Below, piece after piece: positions 59,001-64,000 of a stretch of DNA of 64,000 nt. Source of the stretch: an uncultured bacterium (GTDB taxonomy: Bacteria > Krumholzibacteriota > Krumholzibacteriia > Krumholzibacteriales > Krumholzibacteriaceae); the NCBI GenBank assembly GCA_963786935.1, contig CAWBAN010000005.1, positions 96,001-160,000 on the forward strand. The letters are read 5' to 3'. Position 1 is the first letter of the stretch, and each line of letters starts with the position of its first letter. Position numbers and translations under genes: made by a program. Below the pieces are notes generated by a model, which did no database searches, was not told the DNA's origin, and was given only the letters and a program-made list of their open reading frames with translations.

Positions 59001-60100
59001 CGATCGGCCCGCGCAACGAGTACACGGGCGCGCACTGGGTCTTCGGCGAGGCGATCGCGAAGGCGGAGATCGAGCAGATCGATCACACGTCGTACGGGAC
59101 CGATCAGGTGTTCCGCTACTGCGTCCTCGGCGATCCGATGCTCCGGATCGATCCGGGCCCGCCGCTCATGCGGCTCGAAGCCGATTCGGCCGGCGAGTAT
59201 ACAATCGTGTCCCCGGGCGACACGCTGAGGGCCCGCGGCGGCACGAACCTCATCAAGCTGCGCCTCACGGTGAGCGACGTCGTGGCGATCGGCCGCATCA
59301 CGCTCAGGGTGAACGGCGAGGACAGCACCGCCTCGATGCGGATCACGCCGCTCGTCGACGCGGACAAGACGTACGCGCGATCGTACCGGGCCGAATACGA
59401 TTTCGAGATCGATCCGAACGACGAATCGCTGCTCTTCCAGGTGTTCTCCCCGGACGGCCGCGAGGTCGGCCGCTTCGATTTTCCGATCTACACGAGCGTC
59501 CAGGCCTTCTATAACGATTTCAGCTACGAGATCGGCCCCGCCGCCGAGTCGCCCCCTTCGGGCACCTTCATCGTGACGGCCGAGTTCCCCTCGTACCTGG
59601 CGGAGCCGCCCGCGCTCTCCATCGACGGCGAGCTCAGGCCGGACATCGTTTTCGCGGTGGACGATCCCGCCCGAGCGCTGCGATGGAAGGCGGCGTTCCA
59701 GGCGACGCTCGAGAGCGGCCTGCACACCTTCACGGTGCACGCGGGGGACAATTTCTCCCGGGATATCTCGTTCACCGTCACCGGGAACGACCTCGTCGCG
59801 GAAGCCTTCAACATTCCCAATCCCTTCGGCAGCGAGACGAATATCGTCTACAGCCTCAACCTCTCCGTCGAGTCGGTGACGATCGACATCTACAACGTGA
59901 GCGGCGTGCTGATCAGGAGCCTCAAGCCGCCGCCCGGCGGCCTCGGCCCCGCCACATTCGCCCGGCCCCATTCCGTTCTCTGGGACGGGCGCGACCTCGC
60001 CGGCGACCGCGTCGCCAACGGCACGTACATCTATGTGATCCATATCCGCCGCGGGGGCCAGGACATCGACATCGAGGGGAAGAGCGTCAAACTCGAATAA
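56009..60100 (+). CDS. C25 (gingipain/PorU-like) cysteine peptidase with a propeptide-like N-terminus and a C-terminal FlgD-Ig/T9SS-like domain
   Basis: KLRIPETGVY, FFYA, DVFDEFNGG, HVLLVGDAS, DVFIGRLP, catalytic-type FQGHG and GVGCH, GAVA, VLGDP; tail NIPNPF...WDGRDLAGDRVANGTYIY. Confidence 0.9.
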   Translation: MRKPDRNRLICGLAAALGVLAALAGGAGAREEGARLVSSSSGAVAFEVSVPAPVLVPGPGGTVRVVLEGYGTFSPPGAVELPGTTFRVAVPSGGEPRVSWTVLEEEPLGSLILARVAGERLIEGANGVPSSEQYYPPDPWAAGGAPSLVEVRRPSFMGRQRVLPIRVNPLILEGGGARLIRKLSVTVSFGASPAPAGADAFGEAPLSGAWKRLYGELLVNPDDAERLRKPLDRTPRLSAAAEAGKRLKLRIPETGVYYMRADSLIAAGLSTGLATGELALRKYYYDETQPGFERTVEAPVFVVEDAGGAPGVFDGGDRLFFYALGLKDDADALDTNALFAADNVLWLEEEVAGAIMPLIPPGPPGATDTVRQFTATMKYRTDTWYMKNAVPGTFDFYYATKPLARDAALPFTLNHPASTGTFSITIRLQGNDPSSASHTVSFSVRNSTGTHLLGSGGFFSKEARTYTYTGLSVSWLVDGQNELVIACNADYMYLVNDFTVTYAAGFFASGDALEFAVNPLVDYAVIPISGFTTNSGFLVDITNPRSPSYRALGSSDFSPADGGYRLAVTVGESMTARRFVAIAGGGANRLAVRSVSTDAPSNLRETAGSFQALVISHRDFMTTLSTEYAVWRRSQGYRVLLADVEDVFDEFNGGLPHADAIKRFVKYGFDHWGVEHVLLVGDASEDHKRVLYGPDPATQGSPPDYVPSFTYSTSVSGSYDDEVIYSDRYYAFLDETVPVNAGAAPAPMLPGGYPDVFIGRLPVGRDVELRAIIYKMKRMETPETDDAWRRRLVLFSDDEWSGRGNDYMYHAYEGEFEWSTDTCAAYVERSLPGGFDIERLHLRLYTDPIHPDESERGPAVLTKATNETRRTFTPALNRELNKGCLWYMFQGHGNRAVLTTESAYSLGWYMDPDSLRTYTPFIFVGVGCHISDFAIRAEYNTFGETGPNGDCMSEQLLFKSGAGAVATYASAGFEYLSQNAVLVEQLHRTIFQAPPADSIGPRNEYTGAHWVFGEAIAKAEIEQIDHTSYGTDQVFRYCVLGDPMLRIDPGPPLMRLEADSAGEYTIVSPGDTLRARGGTNLIKLRLTVSDVVAIGRITLRVNGEDSTASMRITPLVDADKTYARSYRAEYDFEIDPNDESLLFQVFSPDGREVGRFDFPIYTSVQAFYNDFSYEIGPAAESPPSGTFIVTAEFPSYLAEPPALSIDGELRPDIVFAVDDPARALRWKAAFQATLESGLHTFTVHAGDNFSRDISFTVTGNDLVAEAFNIPNPFGSETNIVYSLNLSVESVTIDIYNVSGVLIRSLKPPPGGLGPATFARPHSVLWDGRDLAGDRVANGTYIYVIHIRRGGQDIDIEGKSVKLE

Positions 60101-60211
60101 TATTCCTTTACCTCGGCGGGGGACCTTCTCTACAATCGTCTCGAAGGAGACGCCCACCTCGCTTGGGACGCTCTCTGCGCGGGAACCGGCCTCATCCCCG
60201 GAGGTTCTGTC

Positions 60212-60922
60212 TTGAAGAAGCGTCTCGCGGCCCTCAGGAAGAAGGAGAAGCGCCTCGTCGTCGGGATCGAAATGGGGAGCGCGCCCGGCACGCTCGGCGC
60301 GGCGCTCGTCGAGGTGTCGGGAAGCGGCGACGATACCGTCCTCTCCGTGCGCGGATTCACGAGCCATACCCTCAATCCCGACCTCGTCGCGACGATGGGC
60401 GCCCTCGACCGGAACGAGCGATTCGGCTCGGAGGAGCTCGCCGGGATCAATTTCCTCGTTCTCAATCATCTCTCGAAGCTGTACGAGGACGTGCTCGAGA
60501 TCGCGTCGTCGAAGCCCGAGGAGGTCGATCTCATCGGTCTCAGCGGTCTCGAGGTCGCCGATGTCGCTTTTCCGGGCGATCCCGGCGTGCTCAGCGAGAT
60601 GACCGAGCGCGTCGTGGCGACCCGATTCAGGCTCGGCATGGAGAACGGAAACGGGAAGTTCGTCGGCGTGGAGGAGGCCCTGCTGCAGGGCATCGTGGGG
60701 GAGATGATCGACCGGTTCGGCCTCGACGAAGAGGTCCGGGAGGCCGTGGCCGCGGCGCTGCTGGCGAACGAGGCGCTCTTCCACGAAGACGCGAGCGTCT
60801 GCGAGGAAAACGGCGCCGCGAAGGGAAAGGGGCGCCGCAGTCTCAAGACGATCAAACGCACGGGCGTGCGCGCCGCGGCCGGCGGCTCGTGCCTGTGCGG
60901 AGAGTTCTTCTTTCCCGATTGA
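60212..60922 (+). CDS. Shortened, degenerate anhydro-N-acetylmuramic acid kinase (AnmK)-like protein
   Basis: N-terminus RLVVGIEMGSAPGTLGAALVEV parallels AnmK IGLMSGTSxDGxDAAL; VDLIG; C-terminal REAVAAALLA...TG...G; only 236 aa. Confidence 0.6.
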   Translation: MKKRLAALRKKEKRLVVGIEMGSAPGTLGAALVEVSGSGDDTVLSVRGFTSHTLNPDLVATMGALDRNERFGSEELAGINFLVLNHLSKLYEDVLEIASSKPEEVDLIGLSGLEVADVAFPGDPGVLSEMTERVVATRFRLGMENGNGKFVGVEEALLQGIVGEMIDRFGLDEEVREAVAAALLANEALFHEDASVCEENGAAKGKGRRSLKTIKRTGVRAAAGGSCLCGEFFFPD

Positions 60923-60988
60923 GCGCCGGCGGCGCCGATGCGTGAGGCCGCGGCCCGCCGCCGCGCGGGAATCATCGAGGATGGCTCC

Positions 60989-62362
60989 ATGAGCACGTTC
61001 GATCGCCGGTTGTTCGCGGCGCTCTTTTTTTGCGCGCTCGCCCTCTCGGGATGCGGCGCGACTCGTCCGGCGGTCGAGAAGGCCCCCCCGGGCGCCGAGC
61101 CTCCCCGCGAGGTCCCCGTCATCGACACGGAACGGGCGCCGGCGTCTTCGCCCGAGGAGCCCGTCGCGGAAGCGGAAGCGCTCCGAATCCCGCTCGCCGA
61201 ATCTCCCCGCGTCAGGGTCATGATCCTCGAATCGAAACAGCCGATGCGCGTGAAGATCTCGTCCGCGTTCTCCATCGGTGTGGACGCGGGGGCGGAGCCG
61301 TTCGCCGCCGTCGGGCACGGGGGAGATTTCACCGTCAGGCTCTCGGGCGGGGAGGTCGTGCTCGCCGAGGGGAAGCGGCGGCTTATCTCGTCGGGCTCGG
61401 TGACCGTCGAGCCGGAGGAGGACGCTCGCGTCTCCCTCGCCGGCAAGACCTACCGGGGGGCCATGAGTTTCAGGCCGTTCAAGGGAGGGCTCGTCGCGAT
61501 CAATATCCTCGCCATCGACGATTACATCAAGGGGGTGCTCCCCTCGGAGATCGGGTACCTCAAGCCGCACCAGTACCAGGCGTCCCGGGCGCAGGCGATC
61601 GCGGCGCGCACGTACGCGCTGAGCAAGCTCGAGGAGAAGGCGGCGGAGATCTACGATCTCAACGCCACCGTGATGGATCAGGTCTACAAGGGAGCCGGCG
61701 CCGAGCACGAGGCCGCCTCGAGGGCCGTCGACGAGACGCGCGGGCTCGTCTGCACCTATCTCGGCGAGCCCATCAAGGCGTACTACAGCTCGTGCTGCGG
61801 AGGCCACACGGCCGATATCCGGGTCGCCTGGCCCTGGAAGACGCCGTACCCCTACCTCTACGGCGTTCGCGACACCGTGCCCGGGACCGACGGCCAATCC
61901 CTCTGCCGCGGCTCGAGCCATTTCCGGTGGCGCGTGCACTGGAGCGGCTCGTCGCTCTCGGGGATTCTCAAGCGCACCGTTCCGAAGGAGCTCAAGGTGA
62001 ACGCGCACGGCGTCGGCCGGCTCGCCGACGTGAGAACGATCGGCACGGCGCCGGACGGCAGGGCCGTCGGCGTCGAGATCGTGACGGACCGCGAGAGCTT
62101 CGAGGTGCTCGGGGACCGCGCGCGATGGGTGCTGAAACCCGATCCCGAATCGGAGGCAATTCTCAAGAGCACCCTCTTCAAGATCGAGGTCGCCGTATCG
62201 GGGAATCGGGTGACGGCCGTCGACATGATCGGTGGGGGGAACGGGCACGGCGTCGGGATGTGCCAGACGGGCGCCATCCGGATGGCGGAGCTCGGGTACT
62301 CCGGCGAGGACATCATCGCTCATTACTATCCGGGCTCGCGCATCGAGCTCGTCTACAGGTGA
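60989..62362 (+). CDS. SpoIID/LytB-domain lipoprotein (lytic transglycosylase-like)
   Basis: Lipobox ALSGC; YRG, DDYIKGVLPSE, AQAIAARTYA, DQVYKG, YSSCCGGHT, GNGHGVGMCQ, HYYPG. Confidence 0.92.
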   Translation: MSTFDRRLFAALFFCALALSGCGATRPAVEKAPPGAEPPREVPVIDTERAPASSPEEPVAEAEALRIPLAESPRVRVMILESKQPMRVKISSAFSIGVDAGAEPFAAVGHGGDFTVRLSGGEVVLAEGKRRLISSGSVTVEPEEDARVSLAGKTYRGAMSFRPFKGGLVAINILAIDDYIKGVLPSEIGYLKPHQYQASRAQAIAARTYALSKLEEKAAEIYDLNATVMDQVYKGAGAEHEAASRAVDETRGLVCTYLGEPIKAYYSSCCGGHTADIRVAWPWKTPYPYLYGVRDTVPGTDGQSLCRGSSHFRWRVHWSGSSLSGILKRTVPKELKVNAHGVGRLADVRTIGTAPDGRAVGVEIVTDRESFEVLGDRARWVLKPDPESEAILKSTLFKIEVAVSGNRVTAVDMIGGGNGHGVGMCQTGAIRMAELGYSGEDIIAHYYPGSRIELVYR

Positions 62363-62365
62363 ACG

Positions 62366-63915
62366 ATGCCCCGGGAGCTGCTGCAGACGCTCGCGCCGCA
62401 CATGATCGTCGGGCTCGAGGGCCCGCGCCTCTCCGACGACGAGAAGAGCCTCCTCGCGCGCAATCCGTTCCCCGGGGTCATTCTCTTCGAGCGCAACGTC
62501 GCCGATTCCCGGCAGCTCATGGAGCTCGCGCAGGGGCTCCGGAACGTCTTCCGCGCCTCGCGCGGGACCGTGCCGCTCGTCGCCGCGGATCACGAGGGAG
62601 GCGCCATTTCGGTTCTCGGGCGAGCGATCGGGGCGCCCCCCACGCAGGCGGCCGCGGCGCGCGCGGGGGACGATCGTCTCGTGGAGCGGCTCTTCGCCGA
62701 GAACGCGAGGCGGATGCGTGCCTGCGGCGTCAACTGGCTCCTCGGCCCCGTCGCCGACGTGAACTCCGATCCGCTGAATCCCGTCATCGGCACAAGGAGC
62801 TTCGGCGAGACGGCCGGGATCGTGTCGCCGCTCGTCTCGGCGGCCGTATCGGTCTCGCGGCGCGAGGGGGTGCTCACCTGCCTCAAGCATTTCCCCGGCC
62901 ACGGGCCGACATGCCTCGATTCTCATCTGGAGCTGCCGACGCTCGGCGCGACGCTCGATCAGCTGCGCGAGAGGGACATACCTCCCTTCGCGAGCGGGAT
63001 CGCCGCGGGGGCCGAATCGATCATGATGGGGCATATCGCTCCGCTCGGCCGCGCGCTTCCCGCCTCTCTCGATCCCGAGATCATCGGAGGAGTGCTCCGC
63101 GGGGAGCTCGGCTTCGGCGGCGCCGTCGTGACCGACGCGCTCGAGATGGAAGGGGTGAAGGTCGCGGGGCTGCGGGAGATCTGCGCCCGCGCCCTCGCCG
63201 CGGGAAACGACCTGCTCCTGTTCTCGAAGCCGGTCGGGGCCGTCGCCGCCGATCTCGAGACCGCCGGCGCGGCGGGGGAATCGGGCGCCGCGGACGATCC
63301 CTTCGCCGGTCTGTTTCTCGAGGCTTCCGCGGGCCGGATCGCTCGTCTCGTCGACGTGGCGGCCGCGCGGGAGCGCGAGTTCGATCTTCCGGGCGACGCG
63401 GGCATTTACCGGGAGATCGCCGCGAAATCGGTCGCCGTTCGTCGGGGTGGGGGACGGGGCCGGCGGGGGATGCGCCCGCGATCGATCCGGCGCGAGGCGC
63501 GAGCGCCGTTTTCTGGGCCGAGAAAGGCGAGTTCGACCGCTACCCCGCGCAGAGCTTCGTCGCCCGCGCGCTCAGGGCGCTCGGGATCGCGGAGGACGCG
63601 CGGATTCGTCCGCCCGCGGAAGAGCGCACCGGCCGGTATGCAGCGGAAGCCCGCGTCCCGCCTCCGTCGGCGGCGCAGCTGCAGGGCTGGGCCTATTCGC
63701 CCGTTCCGCAGCCGTCGGCCCCCCTCGAGATCGTGTTTCTGCTCAACCGGAGGCCTCTCGCCGAGGACGCGGTGAAGGATCTCTGCGCGGGGGCGGCGAG
63801 GATCGTGATCGCGGGCTGGCCCCACGCGGAGAAATTCGTGAGCGAGGGCCGGACGGTCGCGACCACGTTCGGCGTCTACGACGCCGCGGCGGACTTCGTC
63901 TGCCGCGCCCTGTAA
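62366..63915 (+). CDS. nagZ: GH3 beta-N-acetylhexosaminidase (NagZ-like); frameshift in G runs at 63444-63453
   Basis: GVILFERN, ADHEGG, PVADV, IGTRSF, KHFPGHG...DSH, VTDALEM. After AVRRG the frame becomes Arg-rich nonsense while the -1 frame gives a plausible C-terminus ending at TAA 63915. Confidence 0.85.
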
Positions 63916-64000
63916 TCCAAACAATAACAACGGATTTGGGCGCCACGCTTCGGGATGGGGAAGGGCGCGCTTCGCGCCAGCCGAAATCGGTTGACAAGAC

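Noticed and set aside
55772..63034. 2420-aa minus-strand ORF, and similar long antisense ORFs at 18045-20864, 27258-31322, 40622-43651 and 48950-51922
   Set aside because: Shadow ORFs opposite well-supported genes. High GC and codon bias deplete stops in the antisense frame, and the products show no recognisable motifs.
61030..63440. 961-aa alternative-frame ORF over spoIID/nagZ
   Set aside because: Arg-rich off-frame sequence; only its last ~155 codons look real, as the frameshifted NagZ tail.

Overview
GC-rich, gene-dense bacterial DNA with no rRNA, tRNA, CRISPR array, transposase or phage genes that I can recognise. Gene content (FlgD-Ig/T9SS-like C-terminal domains, WGxxKxLF-tailed secreted proteins, a gingipain/PorU-like C25 peptidase, membrane Hanks-type kinases) suggests an FCB-group candidate lineage such as Krumholzibacteriota/Latescibacterota; this is inference. 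Ordinary content: typA, a DEAD-box helicase, tricorn protease, msrAB, dcp, a DAG-kinase-family protein, a DHODH-like protein, PadR and TetR regulators, two RND efflux loci and a peptidoglycan-recycling trio (degenerate AnmK-like protein, SpoIID/LytB, NagZ). Three candidate novel systems stand out. (1) 52.8-60.1 kb: a dockerin-like protein, three paralogous small secreted proteins sharing a C-terminal WGA[IV]K[SA]LF tail, and a PorU-like C25 peptidase, possibly a surface-assembly/sorting system. (2) 13.5-20.8 kb: Ser/Thr kinase, small ORF, Ser/Thr kinase, small ORF and a radical SAM/SPASM enzyme, possibly a RiPP or signalling module. (3) 6.1-12.3 kb: a beta-propeller sensor kinase and NtrC-type activator with two matching enhancer/sigma-54 promoter modules, the second pointing into a structured non-coding segment (candidate sRNA). 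Two genes are broken by single-G losses in G runs, probably sequencing errors. All calls come from reading motifs by eye; no database searches were run.
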